Source: Fidelibacterota bacterium
GTDB lineage: Bacteria > Fidelibacterota > UBA2242
Direction: 5' to 3'
Length of the DNA: 52,111 nt
NCBI GenBank assembly: GCA_049975265.1
Contig: JBNGDF010000017.1
Coordinates: forward strand, 1-52,111
Shown: positions 32,223-42,416 of the stretch, piece after piece
Layout: every line of letters starts with the position of its first letter
Numbering within the stretch: position 1 is the first letter of the stretch
Program-made: the position numbers and the translations under genes
Notes under the pieces: generated by a model
Told to the model about the DNA's origin: nothing
Database searches by the model: none
What the model saw: the letters and a program-made list of their open reading frames with translations, nothing else

Positions 32223-33887
32223 TTATTTTAAAACCGCACCTTTGCTGGCGGAGGCGGCCATACGGGCATAGCGACCGAGCACACCGGTCTTTACACGTGG
32301 CTCAGGCGCCTGCCAACGGCGCCGACGGTCAGCGAGTTCAGCAGCGTCAACCAGGACGTCCAGTTTGCCAGCCGGAATGTCTATCGCAATACGGTCACTA
32401 TTGCGGAGCAGGGCGATCGGTCCGCCAGCCGCCGCCTCGGGGGCAATATGTCCGATACAGGCACCCCGGGTACCCCCGGAAAAGCGTCCGTCGGTAATCA
32501 GCGCCACGCTCTCACCGAGTCCTTTACCCATGATATACGAGGTTGGCGACAGCATCTCCTGCATGCCGGGTCCGCCTTTGGGTCCCTCATACCGGATCAC
32601 CACTACATCGCCGGCTTTGACCTGATTGTTCAGAATCCCCTGACAGGCTTCTTCCTGGCTGTCAAAAATCACCGCCGGACCTTCAAACCGGCGCATGGAT
32701 TCCGCCACACCGGCATATTTCACTACACTGCCTTCCGGTGCCAGATTGCCACTGAGCACCGCCAGCCCCCCTGTATTACTGTAGGCATTTTCCAGCCTGT
32801 GGATTACATTTTCATCCTTTATTTCAACATTACTGATATTTTCCGATAATCTCTTCCCCGTCACAGTGATACAATCCCCATGAATCAGACCGGGTTCGAG
32901 CGACATCTCTTTTAATATGGCGCCGATGCCCCCCGCCCGGTCGACATCCTCAATATGGTACTCGCTCGATGGGGATACTTTACAGATATTTTTAACCTTT
33001 TTGGAAAGTACATCAATCCGCCTGATATCGTAATCAATTCCGGCTTCCGCCGCTAACGCCAGGGTATGCAGCACGGTATTCGTCGAACCACCCATCGCCA
33101 TATCCAAAACCATCGCATTATCAATTGATTTTTCCGTAAAAATATCCTGAGGTTTTAAATCTTCGGTTATCATCTCCACAATGCGTCTGCCCGCTTGAAC
33201 GTACAGCTCCCGACGCGCTTCATCTTCCGCCAGTATGGTGCCATTGCCCGGCAGAGCAATACCGATCGCCTCGCAGAGGCAGTTCATGGAATTGGCGGTA
33301 AACATTCCCGAACAGCTGCCCCAACCAGGGCAGGCATTTTTTTCAATATCCAGCAGTTCTTCGGCGGAAATTTTCCCATCCTGATAGGCACCGACAGCCT
33401 CAAAAACGGAAATCAAGTCAACCGTTCGACCGGTGGAGGTCTTTCCCGCCCGCATGGGACCGCCGGAAACGAAAATAGTCGGTATATTAACCCGCGCCGC
33501 CGCCACCAGCATGCCGGGAATAATCTTATCACAGTTGGGAATACAGACCAGCCCGTCGAAGCAGTGTGCCCGCAGCATGATTTCCACCGAATCGGCAATG
33601 ATTTCCCGACTGACCAGGCTGTAGCGCATCCCCATATGTCCCATCGCGATACCGTCACAGACTGCGATAGTGTTAAACTCAAAGGGCAGACCGCCGGCGG
33701 CATAGACGGCATCTTTGACGATCTTCCCGACAGCATTGAGTTTGACATGACCGGGTACGATATCTCCATAGGAATTGGCAATCGCGATAAACGGACGATC
33801 CAAGTCGCTCCGCTTTATACCGGTAGCCCCCAGCAGCGCCCGGTGGGGCGCCCGCTCCAATCCTTTTTTTACCTGATCACTTTTCAT
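32223..33887 (-). CDS. ilvD: Dihydroxy-acid dehydratase
   Basis: [55 protein letters not shown]. Confidence 0.98.
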   Translation of the reverse strand: MKSDQVKKGLERAPHRALLGATGIKRSDLDRPFIAIANSYGDIVPGHVKLNAVGKIVKDAVYAAGGLPFEFNTIAVCDGIAMGHMGMRYSLVSREIIADSVEIMLRAHCFDGLVCIPNCDKIIPGMLVAAARVNIPTIFVSGGPMRAGKTSTGRTVDLISVFEAVGAYQDGKISAEELLDIEKNACPGWGSCSGMFTANSMNCLCEAIGIALPGNGTILAEDEARRELYVQAGRRIVEMITEDLKPQDIFTEKSIDNAMVLDMAMGGSTNTVLHTLALAAEAGIDYDIRRIDVLSKKVKNICKVSPSSEYHIEDVDRAGGIGAILKEMSLEPGLIHGDCITVTGKRLSENISNVEIKDENVIHRLENAYSNTGGLAVLSGNLAPEGSVVKYAGVAESMRRFEGPAVIFDSQEEACQGILNNQVKAGDVVVIRYEGPKGGPGMQEMLSPTSYIMGKGLGESVALITDGRFSGGTRGACIGHIAPEAAAGGPIALLRNSDRIAIDIPAGKLDVLVDAAELADRRRRWQAPEPRVKTGVLGRYARMAASASKGAVLK

Positions 33888-33905
33888 AACTATCCCCTTC
33901 TGGTT

Positions 33906-33939
33906 AAAAAAAACCCCTTCTTTTCGGGAAGGGGTTTTT
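33906..33939 (-). terminator. ilv-leu attenuator intrinsic terminator
   Basis: Minus strand AAAAACCCCTTCccgaaaaGAAGGGGTTTTTTTT, ending about 18 nt before the ilvD ATG. Confidence 0.9.
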
Positions 33940-33960
33940 AAATTTATGTTGTTTTGGATT

Positions 33961-34047
33961 TTAAATCGCCCCTTCCCTCCATTCTACATGCAGGATAATC
34001 AGGCTAATCCAAAGAATAACGTGATGGGCTGGTCGGTTGATACTCAT
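33961..34047 (-). CDS. Branched-chain amino acid leader peptide [28 protein letters not shown]
   Basis: 28 aa; Val/Ile/Leu cluster [21 protein letters not shown] near its end is complementary to the terminator 5' arm CCCCTTCCC. Confidence 0.85.
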   Translation of the reverse strand: MSINRPAHHVILWISLIILHVEWREGAI

Positions 34048-34075
34048 TCTACAATCAATCTAAATGTTGAATTGA

Positions 34076-34104
34076 ATTTTAAGCGATTTATTTATCAGTG
34101 TCAA
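34076..34104 (-). promoter_or_regulatory. Sigma70-type promoter of the ilv-leu leader/operon
   Basis: TTGACA-17 nt-TAAAAT. Confidence 0.78.
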
Positions 34105-34199
34105 TTATTTTTTTGCCCGAATTCATTTTTATTTGAAAAAAAATGACGGATAATATCCCTGAATCGTTAAATTCTGCCAATTTCCAGGAGGGTAAAGGG

Positions 34200-34892
34200 A
34201 TGTCGAATATACCAGAAATAATCCAATCCCTAAAAAAGCAGCTACAGGAATCGGGCGACCCGGAATCCATTTCCGCCATGGCAAAATTCGGCATCACACC
34301 GGAACAGACTTACGGGGTTAAAATCCCCCGTCTCAGGGCAATTGCCAAAAATTATCGGAAAAATCACGAACTGGCCCTGGCGCTCTGGCAGATCAACAAC
34401 CGGGAAACCCGCATCCTGGCTGCCATGATTGACGATCCGAAACAACTTACTGAAGAACAGATGGAGGCCTGGGCAATGAAATTTGACTACTGGGAAATCT
34501 GCGACCAGGTCTGTATGAATCTCTACGAAAAACATCCGCTCGCCTGGCCGAAAGCGATCGAATGGAGCGGTCACGAAAATGAAGGCAAAAAACGCGCCGC
34601 CTTTGTGCTGATGGCACGTCTGGCGGTCAGTGAAAAAAAGGCACCGAACGACCGATTTGAACCCTTTTTCCCTCTAATCCTACGAGAATCCACCGATGAG
34701 CGCAATCTCGTAAAGAAAGCTGTCAACTGGGCGTTGCGCCAGATCGGTAAGCGTAACAGGGCGTTGAACCGCAAGGCAATTCTGGATGCGGAAAAAATCG
34801 CAACCCTCGATTCCAAAAGCGCCCGCTGGATCGCCACGGACGCTTTAAGGGAATTGAGAGGTGATGCTGTTCAGAAACGGCTGAAAATTTGA
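34200..34892 (+). CDS. DNA alkylation repair (AlkD-like HEAT-repeat) protein
   Basis: YGVKIPRLR, HELALALW, FDYWEICDQ, DERNLVKKAVNWALRQIGKRN. Confidence 0.88.
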   Translation: MSNIPEIIQSLKKQLQESGDPESISAMAKFGITPEQTYGVKIPRLRAIAKNYRKNHELALALWQINNRETRILAAMIDDPKQLTEEQMEAWAMKFDYWEICDQVCMNLYEKHPLAWPKAIEWSGHENEGKKRAAFVLMARLAVSEKKAPNDRFEPFFPLILRESTDERNLVKKAVNWALRQIGKRNRALNRKAILDAEKIATLDSKSARWIATDALRELRGDAVQKRLKI

Positions 34893-35019
34893 TTCTACTT
34901 CATCAATAACACCTTCTGAACCTGACGATTTTCTGGCGCTGAAAGAACAACAATATAGGCTCCTGATGATACAGGCAATCCTGATGAAATGCTGCAACCT
35001 GCTCGGTGATGTCTTCACT

Positions 35020-35190
35020 CGTCACGATGCTCCTGCGTCGTGACGTCAGGGATGGATCATGCGGGGTTGAAACCCCTTATTTCGGAGGAAAACCCCAATC
35101 CCCGAGCTCAAGCCCGGAGCTATTCATGAATTAGGTTCCATCACGAGAGCGACGTAACCAGTGGGGAAAAACTTAGTGCCTTTGTGGTAA
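35020..35190. repeat. Cluster of REP-like palindromes between convergent genes
   Basis: 11-bp hairpin cgtcacgatgc-tcct-gcgtcgtgacg (one G.U pair), ggggttgaaacccc, and ccccgagctcaagcccggagctattcat. Confidence 0.45.
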
Positions 35191-35191
35191 C

Positions 35192-36490
35192 TTAAAACGT
35201 CTCATAAATCAGCGGCGGCGCCACTTTATGCCCGGAAATGCGGAAGGCTTTCAAGAGTTGCGTCCGGGCGGTTTCCCAGGCGTTTTTATCTGGAGCGTGG
35301 ATCACCGCCAGCGCTTCCCCTTTTTCTACCGCCTCGCCAATTCTTTTTTCGATGACAAAGCCGACTTCCGGTTTGATTTTGTCCGTCAATGCCCGGCGCC
35401 CGGCACCCATCTCCAGGGCCGACATACCAATCGTATAGGAATCAATCGCCTCGATGAAACCGCTTTCGATGGAATTCACCGGCGCAATGTGAGTCGCTTT
35501 TTTATATTTTTCGGGATGGGAAACCATGTCCACATCACCACCCTGATTCTTTACCATCATCAGAAATTTTTCCCAGGCTTGGCCGGACCGGATCGCTGCT
35601 TCACATCTGCTCCGGGCTTTATCAAAAGTCTTTTCAATCCCCGACAGCACCACCATCCACGCTGTCAGGTGCAGGGTAACCTCGATCAGGTCCGCTGGTC
35701 CGCCACCTTGCAAGACTGCGATGGATTCGACCACCTCCAGCCAATTGCCGACAGCCCTGCCCAGCGGCTGGTTCATATCGGTGATAACGGCTTTGACATT
35801 CAGACCGAAATGCTGACCAACGGTTTTCAGCTGGCGCGCCAACTTCTGACTCTGATTGTATTCCGGAAGGAAGGCGCCGTTGCCGGTTTTTACATCCAGC
35901 ACCAGCCCATCAATTCCCTCGGCAATTTTTTTACTTAGGATACTGGCGCAAATCAGCGGAATGGACTTCACCGTCGAAGTTACATCGCGAAGGGCATACA
36001 TTTTACGGTCTGCCGGCACTACCTCTTTCGTCTGTCCGCCCATCGCCAGCCCGTATTTCTCTACCAGCCGGATAAACTCTTTCTTACTGAGCATTACATT
36101 GAAATTCGGAATGCTTTCCAGCTTATCCAAAGTTCCGCCGGAATGCCCCAGACTGCGTCCAGAAATCATGGGCACGACGCAGCCCGCCGCATTCGCCAGG
36201 GGCGCAAGAATCAGCGAAACCTTATCACCCACGCCGCCGGTACTGTGTTTATCCACTTTGTAGGCATCGATATGGGAAAGATCGATCGTCTCGCCTGAAT
36301 GCAGCATAACGTCCACCAGCGCAATCGTTTCACGGTCGGTCATTCCCTGAAAATTAACCGCCATCAGCCAGGCAGCCATCTGATAATCGGGAATATCGCC
36401 CTTAACATAGCCTCCAATGAACTCCCCGATCTCCTCAGCCGAGTGTTCCTGTCCCATTTTTTTCTTTTCAATAAAATCAGCCGGTATCAT
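35192..36490 (-). CDS. pdp: Pyrimidine-nucleoside/thymidine phosphorylase
   Basis: PDYQMAAWLMA, DKHSTGGVGDK, SGRSLGHSGGTLDKLESIP, SILSKKIAEG, LDVKTGNGAF. Confidence 0.95.
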   Translation of the reverse strand: MIPADFIEKKKMGQEHSAEEIGEFIGGYVKGDIPDYQMAAWLMAVNFQGMTDRETIALVDVMLHSGETIDLSHIDAYKVDKHSTGGVGDKVSLILAPLANAAGCVVPMISGRSLGHSGGTLDKLESIPNFNVMLSKKEFIRLVEKYGLAMGGQTKEVVPADRKMYALRDVTSTVKSIPLICASILSKKIAEGIDGLVLDVKTGNGAFLPEYNQSQKLARQLKTVGQHFGLNVKAVITDMNQPLGRAVGNWLEVVESIAVLQGGGPADLIEVTLHLTAWMVVLSGIEKTFDKARSRCEAAIRSGQAWEKFLMMVKNQGGDVDMVSHPEKYKKATHIAPVNSIESGFIEAIDSYTIGMSALEMGAGRRALTDKIKPEVGFVIEKRIGEAVEKGEALAVIHAPDKNAWETARTQLLKAFRISGHKVAPPLIYETF

Positions 36491-37890
36491 GCCTCCTCCG
36501 AATTTGGATGGTTCCGTTTATTCCGCTTGATCCACTTCTTGATATATTCAACATTCAGCATACGGTGCTCCCAGGTCGCATAATATGTCAGATAAATACC
36601 GGCGATAAGCAGGATAATGTTCGGCGTCCACATTGCCCAAAAGGGAGACACAATCAGCAAATCCGCCAGCTCCTCACCGCCCACCAAAAAGACATAATAG
36701 AGCAGAAAAAACAACAGGCTCAAAAGCGCCGGTACGGCGATTCCGCCTTTTTTAGTAATGACCCCCATGGGAGCTCCGATCAGAATAAAAATGATGCAGG
36801 CGACAGGAATGGAAAATTTTTTGTGGATTTCCACTTTGTATTTATTGACCTGTTTCTGATAACTGGTGGCGAGATTCAGTTCGCCCCGGATCCGGGAGAG
36901 CAGCGCATTTAGCCGCTTGTTCCGGGAGGTGGCGATTTTTTCCGAAAGACTTCCGGCATTCTGCGACTTCCGCTTCTCAATCAATTCTCTGATCTCTGCA
37001 AAGTCCAGGGCTGTCGTGGTGTCCAGGTCCTTTTCCAGCAATTTGATAATTTTGGCATAGACCTTGTCACGCTCCTTCGAATATTTGCGGACATTCTCCT
37101 GCATCATGGCGATGGTCATCTCCCGATCGCCCCGGCGCGCCGATTCACGTCGCTCCAGCATCAGATTGTCCACCGGAATGGCGATCCGATGCCGCTTGAA
37201 ATCCGTCTTCCGGTAGTCTTCCAGATTTTCCAGATCCAGCTCGTGGATTTCCCCGGAAAAGAGCATGAACAGCACCGTGTTGCCGTCCACTTCCAGATAA
37301 CCGCTGTCGGCATAAATCGTAGTCTGAGTGGATTCCGAATCTTTATTGTAAATCGTTAATTTTCGGAGCTGATCACCTTCCCGCTCTTTGACGTAAATGG
37401 AATAGTCGGGAATGTCATCCATAAAGTAGCCCGGTTCGATATTCAAGCCGGGGCGCTTACGGTAAATGTCGCCCGCCAGCAGACGGGCTTTGTGATTGAA
37501 TTCCGGAAGAACATAATTGTGAAAATAGATCATAAAAATGCACACCAGCACCCCGAAAATAACGCCCGGTCCCAGAATGGTGGGAAAGCTGATACCGCTG
37601 GCGCGCATTGCCGTGATCTCATTGTCTTCAGCCAGGCGACCGTACGCCATCAGCGCCGCTACCAGCACCGCCATAGGAACGGACATCGCCACGATCCATG
37701 CCAGGTTCAGGTAAAGAAACTCAAAAATCACCGATAGTTGCAACCCTTTGCCCAGCAGGCGATCAACGGATTTGAATAAAAAATTCGACAGCAGTACAAA
37801 GGTCACTACGCTGATGGCAAACAGAAAGGGGGCGATCAACTCCCGATAAATATACCGGGCACCGATCCAGGCGCCACAGAAAGCCATCAT
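36487..37890 (-). CDS. LptF/LptG family LPS export permease
   Basis: RYIYRELIAPF, GRLAEDNEITAMRASGIS, EIHKKFSIPVAC, AMWTPN. Start uncertain (ATG 37890 or 37887). Confidence 0.88.
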   Translation of the reverse strand: MMAFCGAWIGARYIYRELIAPFLFAISVVTFVLLSNFLFKSVDRLLGKGLQLSVIFEFLYLNLAWIVAMSVPMAVLVAALMAYGRLAEDNEITAMRASGISFPTILGPGVIFGVLVCIFMIYFHNYVLPEFNHKARLLAGDIYRKRPGLNIEPGYFMDDIPDYSIYVKEREGDQLRKLTIYNKDSESTQTTIYADSGYLEVDGNTVLFMLFSGEIHELDLENLEDYRKTDFKRHRIAIPVDNLMLERRESARRGDREMTIAMMQENVRKYSKERDKVYAKIIKLLEKDLDTTTALDFAEIRELIEKRKSQNAGSLSEKIATSRNKRLNALLSRIRGELNLATSYQKQVNKYKVEIHKKFSIPVACIIFILIGAPMGVITKKGGIAVPALLSLLFFLLYYVFLVGGEELADLLIVSPFWAMWTPNIILLIAGIYLTYYATWEHRMLNVEYIKKWIKRNKRNHPNSEEA

Positions 37891-38068
37891 TTTTCGGAGA
37901 ATCCGCTGCATTTGTAGAAATATACACCAATCCTTATTTTTTTCATACGCCTTATTATAGGAAAAGATATGGAAAATGGAAATCACTCTCACCAATTCAC
38001 CGAGGTTTTTTTATTGTTTTTCAGTCCCGTACACATTAAACTTTTTCATTGCAGAAAGGATCAGGCAT

Positions 38069-39805
38069 TTGGAAAAACAGCGAAAATTTTGTTCAGGACC
38101 CGGGATTTTCGGTCTTTTACTGCTGCTTGGCTCGGTTTTTCAATGTAGTAAACCGGCTGCCTATAACGGCCCGAAATTCACTTTAAGCAATCCGGAGATT
38201 CTGGTCCCGGACGTCGTTTCCAATTATGTCGTGGCACCCCGCTTTGATCCCCAAGGGCGGACCGTCATTTTCAACGGACGACTTGATGGCGATTCATGGG
38301 ACTGTATCTACAGTGTCCCGGTTCAGGGTGGTGAATACCGCCGGTTGATCGAAGCCTCCGACGACCTGCTCTACCCGTCCTACTCCCGCGATCTCTCCAA
38401 AATCATCTACACGAAGGGCTTTGCCCGTCAGATTATGCTCTATGATATCGAATCCGGAGAGACAACCCGGCTGCCGGTTTTCGGAAATTCGCCGCAACTG
38501 CTGTCGGATAATGAAACCGTCCTCTTCTCCGGCGTGATCGACGCCAATTTGCACCTGTACCACATTCCTTCACACCGCTCGCGGGACATCACGGAATCCT
38601 TCATCAGTGCCAATTTCGCCCCGGTTTTATTGAGCGACAATGTTCAAATCCGCTGGATTGAACAGTTGCGCAACGGACTGTTCAAACTCCGTCAGACCGA
38701 CCTGGAAACCCGCCAGCCCTTCAGCTTTTTTTCCGGATACAAACCGATCTGGAGCACCACCGCCAGCCCCAGTGCTCAGTGGTCGCTGCTTAATTTTCGG
38801 GACGGTTCACTGCTAGCCGTCCACGGGAATGATTCCACTATCGCCCCGGTGGAATTTCAACTCGATGATTTCGAACTGCCGGTTACTCTGGCAGCTTTAC
38901 CAGACTGGTCAATAAGCGGTACCGACATCGTTTTTACGTCGACGAATCCGGATCAATATGGAGAAAAGAATCCTTTCTTTAAAAACGGCTGCTTTCGGGC
39001 GGATCTGGTGATCGCCGGCATGCGTTGGGAAAAAATCAGCAATGGCGATATTGTCCGGTCACTGCCCGATCAATCACCGGTCCTTTTCCCTGCCCCGCCC
39101 GAAACGGTGCAACCGGCACCGGCGATACAATCCGTCAATAATCCACCGCGAATCATCTCCCAGCCACCGGAGACGGTGCTTGCCGGTGACGTCTATATCT
39201 ACCGGATAAAAGCCGTCGATATTGACCTGTTCGACGAGCTGCAGTACAGCCAAACCAGCGGTCCCGACAATGCGGAGGTGCTCCCGAATTCCGGAATATT
39301 GTACTGGGTTGCCGGGGAACCGGGTGACTATCAATTCAGCATTGCCGTCAGAGATGACGCCGGTGCAACCGACCGGCAGATATTCCGAGTGAATGTACTT
39401 CCCAGACCCGACTGGATCAGACAACAGGCGAGCAAGCCGCCAGAATCTTTTATTGAGAACGATTATCTCGCCGGAATGTTGTTCAGGGACCCGAACAATG
39501 ATGGTTTCCTCAGCGCCGGTGAAGAGGGCGGCATTCTAATCGATCTGAAAACCCGAGCCACTCCGATGGACAGTGTCCGGCTGCAACTGCTTACCTCGGT
39601 CGGATACGGCGAGATTGAGATGCAGACCGAGATACTTTTCGAGCGCTGTACCCCCAACCAATGGCAGCGCAAAATTGTCCCCATCAAGGGCTTGCAAGGC
39701 TTGCAAAACCGCCGCCTCATCATCCGGGGAATTCTGCAGGATTCGGACGGAATCAAGCTTTTCCCCGCCAGTCTGGTAATCGCCGCCGGAAATCCCGACA
39801 GTTAA
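38069..39805 (+). CDS. Probable lipoprotein with TolB-like beta-propeller and Ig/cadherin-like domain
   Basis: Hydrophobic stretch followed by VFQC; PRFDPQG, PSYSRD, PDWS repeats; NNPPRIISQP..Y.Y.IKAVDID Ig-like motif. The TTG start is inferred. Confidence 0.65.
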   Translation: MEKQRKFCSGPGIFGLLLLLGSVFQCSKPAAYNGPKFTLSNPEILVPDVVSNYVVAPRFDPQGRTVIFNGRLDGDSWDCIYSVPVQGGEYRRLIEASDDLLYPSYSRDLSKIIYTKGFARQIMLYDIESGETTRLPVFGNSPQLLSDNETVLFSGVIDANLHLYHIPSHRSRDITESFISANFAPVLLSDNVQIRWIEQLRNGLFKLRQTDLETRQPFSFFSGYKPIWSTTASPSAQWSLLNFRDGSLLAVHGNDSTIAPVEFQLDDFELPVTLAALPDWSISGTDIVFTSTNPDQYGEKNPFFKNGCFRADLVIAGMRWEKISNGDIVRSLPDQSPVLFPAPPETVQPAPAIQSVNNPPRIISQPPETVLAGDVYIYRIKAVDIDLFDELQYSQTSGPDNAEVLPNSGILYWVAGEPGDYQFSIAVRDDAGATDRQIFRVNVLPRPDWIRQQASKPPESFIENDYLAGMLFRDPNNDGFLSAGEEGGILIDLKTRATPMDSVRLQLLTSVGYGEIEMQTEILFERCTPNQWQRKIVPIKGLQGLQNRRLIIRGILQDSDGIKLFPASLVIAAGNPDS

Positions 39806-39862
39806 TTGAAACACCTTTTGAAACTTTTCGCATTTTGGATTGTCCAATATAATAGGAAATAC

Positions 39863-39891
39863 TTGACGCCATGCCGAATGCACCGTATATT
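39863..39891 (+). promoter_or_regulatory. Sigma70-type promoter
   Basis: TTGACG-17 nt-TATATT, upstream of a GAGG RBS and ATG 39916. Confidence 0.55.
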
Positions 39892-39915
39892 CCATCAGAT
39901 AAAGAGGACAATATC

Positions 39916-41058
39916 ATGAAACCCCAAACTCTCAAAACCGTCTTACTCATCGTGGGAATATCAATTTTATCGGGTTGCTATACACAATTGTCGGAACCGG
40001 TTTACCGGCAGGAATACTATACCGAAGCAGATACGGTTTATGAATATACAGAGAACGAAGAGCTATCGGACTACAATCTGGGATACCGCGACGGCTACCG
40101 GGATTTTTTGAATGACTATTTATGGTACGGCTACAATCCGGACAGTTATTTTTATAATCATTACCGGTCTTACTGGTATTCACCTTACAGCCACCATTAT
40201 CACTCCTTTTACCTCGGCTATTACGATCCCTTTTTCTACGATCCCTTCTGGGATTGGGGCTATTATGGATACTATCATTCGCCGTACAGCTATTACCGGT
40301 CCGGCTATTGGTACCGACCTTACTATGCCGGCTATTATTACCACGGCTACTACCGACATCGTCCCTACTATTACGGCTATGTCTCGACAAAAAAAGAGTC
40401 CACGGGGCGCGAGCAGCTGACGGCAGAGCGTCAGACCTCCAGTCCTTCATTAGCCCCATCTTCAGCTTCCCGGAGTGCCAGCCCCAAGGCAGCCGGACGG
40501 GATGTCAACGATTTACAAACTACGATGAATATGCCGGTGGCGACCGGCGGCGGATCGACCGGTTCCGATGTCGCAGAACGACGTAATGGTTCTATTCCCT
40601 CAAAAATCAATTCCAACGAGGTATTCGATGCAAATCGGCGGACTCCCGTGAAAGAGATCCCCGGTTTCCAGACAACCCTGGATTCTCCGACCCGCCCGGA
40701 CGTAAAACCCTTCACCAGAACATCCTACGGCAGGAGCCAACAGACCGAGGTATTATCCACCAATACCAGAACAACCCGCACTCGGACAGTTCCACGATCG
40801 GGACGCACTTCGCGGTCGGACACCAAATCCATCTCCCGGTCACCCAAGACCTCGGGCTCATCGTCAAGCAGTTCGTCACAATCCACATACAGCAGCCCGT
40901 CTACGAGCCGATCAAGCAGCTCATCCTCGAGTAGTTCGTCATCAGTACGCAGCTCCTCCGGGAGTCGGAGCTCCAGCAGCTCTTCATCATCCCGGTCCGG
41001 TTCATCTTCCAGTTCCGGTTCGAGGTCATCGGCAAAACGCTCCTCCAATAAAAAATGA
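39916..41058 (+). CDS. Lipoprotein with Tyr-rich region and disordered Ser/Arg-rich tail
   Basis: Lipobox LSGC-YT; Y/W/G/H-rich middle; poly-Ser/Arg C-terminus. Confidence 0.8.
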   Translation: MKPQTLKTVLLIVGISILSGCYTQLSEPVYRQEYYTEADTVYEYTENEELSDYNLGYRDGYRDFLNDYLWYGYNPDSYFYNHYRSYWYSPYSHHYHSFYLGYYDPFFYDPFWDWGYYGYYHSPYSYYRSGYWYRPYYAGYYYHGYYRHRPYYYGYVSTKKESTGREQLTAERQTSSPSLAPSSASRSASPKAAGRDVNDLQTTMNMPVATGGGSTGSDVAERRNGSIPSKINSNEVFDANRRTPVKEIPGFQTTLDSPTRPDVKPFTRTSYGRSQQTEVLSTNTRTTRTRTVPRSGRTSRSDTKSISRSPKTSGSSSSSSSQSTYSSPSTSRSSSSSSSSSSSVRSSSGSRSSSSSSSSRSGSSSSSGSRSSAKRSSNKK

Positions 41059-41076
41059 TAACCGGAGATCTCATTT

Positions 41077-42393
41077 ATGAATACAATTCGGAAACTCCTG
41101 TACCTGGCGGTTTTACTATTACTTATCACCGGAATAGGGCGGGCGCAATTTTTTTCCGATGCCATGAGTCCCGAAGCATTGCGTCCCTTTCGGAGCGCGA
41201 GCGGATTCGGTGCTGCGGCGTTTTCACTACAGCATAATTCCCTCATTGCCGGCGATATCTCCTCCACCCAGAGCAATCCGGCGTTTCTGGTTAATACTAC
41301 CCGACCCAAAGCCAGTCTCTCGGCGAATTATTTAAACCATATCTATCAATCAGCCCTCATAGACAGAGGAACGGAAAAAAGCTCTGAATCGACAACCTTT
41401 TACACCGATTATTTCGGCTTCGCCTACCCTGTTTCCGTCTATCAGGGTACGCTGGTGCTGGCAATCAGCTACGAACCTTCCGCCTACTACTCCTCGAGTT
41501 TACATAGCAACGGAACCGTAACCTTCAGCGAGGGTGACGTTGCAGAAGATATGGATATTCAAGAATCCGGCAGCATGAACACCCTGCGCCTGGCGGGTGC
41601 CGTGGAATTTCTGCCCAACCTCAATCTGGGTCTGTCTCTGAATTTTTTCAATGGCAATCGCAGCTACGAATCGATTAAATCCGAAACCGATATCAATAAC
41701 ATTTACTCTTACTCCCAATTTCAGTACCTGGAAGCCATTAAACCGGAATATCACGGTGCTAATCTGGACATGGGTATGACCTATCAATCGGAGTATTTCA
41801 AATTTGGAATCCGCCTCTCGTCCCCTCTGAAAATGCATATCTATGAGCGCAGTGAATTTAGCGAAGACTACTCCTATGATAACAGCACCGTCTGGGATAC
41901 CACAGAATATTACAACATCGAATACACCTCCCGTTACCCCTGGGAAGTGGCACCGAGTTTCGCCATCAAAATCGGTGCGCTGACCCTCGGCGCCGATCTG
42001 ATTGTGCATAACTGGCAGGATATCAAGGTCGACCAGCTAAGCAATGACGAGGAGATCAACCGTGATCTCTACTGGAATCTGCGCCCCACTACCGATGTCG
42101 GCGTTTCTCTAGCAATCCCGCTGGGCAAGACGATTTCCACCCGCTTCGCCTACCGCCGTGTCCCTTCGCCTTACGCTGAATTCATGCGCGAAAAGGACGA
42201 GATCCATCACCTCTTCGGCGCCGGCGTTGAAACCATTCTGATGAAATCACTGATTCTGGGCTGTTCATACCAGCGAGTAATCGGCAGCCAGGTTGTTTCT
42301 CACCCCTATTTCAGTACTCCCGAAACCACGGTTTACTCGAGTCAGTCATTCACCAATGACCGGCTGTCCATATCCTTAGCGATCCTGCTGTAA
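41077..42393 (+). CDS. OmpP1/FadL-like outer-membrane beta-barrel protein
   Basis: Signal peptide; RSASGFGAA...GDISSTQSNPA hatch motif (NPA); alternating beta-strands. Confidence 0.72.
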   Translation: MNTIRKLLYLAVLLLLITGIGRAQFFSDAMSPEALRPFRSASGFGAAAFSLQHNSLIAGDISSTQSNPAFLVNTTRPKASLSANYLNHIYQSALIDRGTEKSSESTTFYTDYFGFAYPVSVYQGTLVLAISYEPSAYYSSSLHSNGTVTFSEGDVAEDMDIQESGSMNTLRLAGAVEFLPNLNLGLSLNFFNGNRSYESIKSETDINNIYSYSQFQYLEAIKPEYHGANLDMGMTYQSEYFKFGIRLSSPLKMHIYERSEFSEDYSYDNSTVWDTTEYYNIEYTSRYPWEVAPSFAIKIGALTLGADLIVHNWQDIKVDQLSNDEEINRDLYWNLRPTTDVGVSLAIPLGKTISTRFAYRRVPSPYAEFMREKDEIHHLFGAGVETILMKSLILGCSYQRVIGSQVVSHPYFSTPETTVYSSQSFTNDRLSISLAILL

Positions 42394-42416
42394 TTTTCGG
42401 TTCAGTGTTCAATGTA

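Noticed and set aside
34961..34992. Two CTGATGA motifs as a hammerhead ribozyme core
   Set aside because: I could not build stems I-III around a correctly placed GAAA and cleavage triplet.
37891..38068. Apparent head-to-head overlap of lptF/G and the propeller lipoprotein
   Set aside because: Both ORFs are over-extended into an AT-rich divergent promoter region.
40850..41045. Low-complexity repeat-like DNA
   Set aside because: It encodes a Ser/Arg-rich tail with mixed codons; it is not a DNA tandem repeat or CRISPR array.
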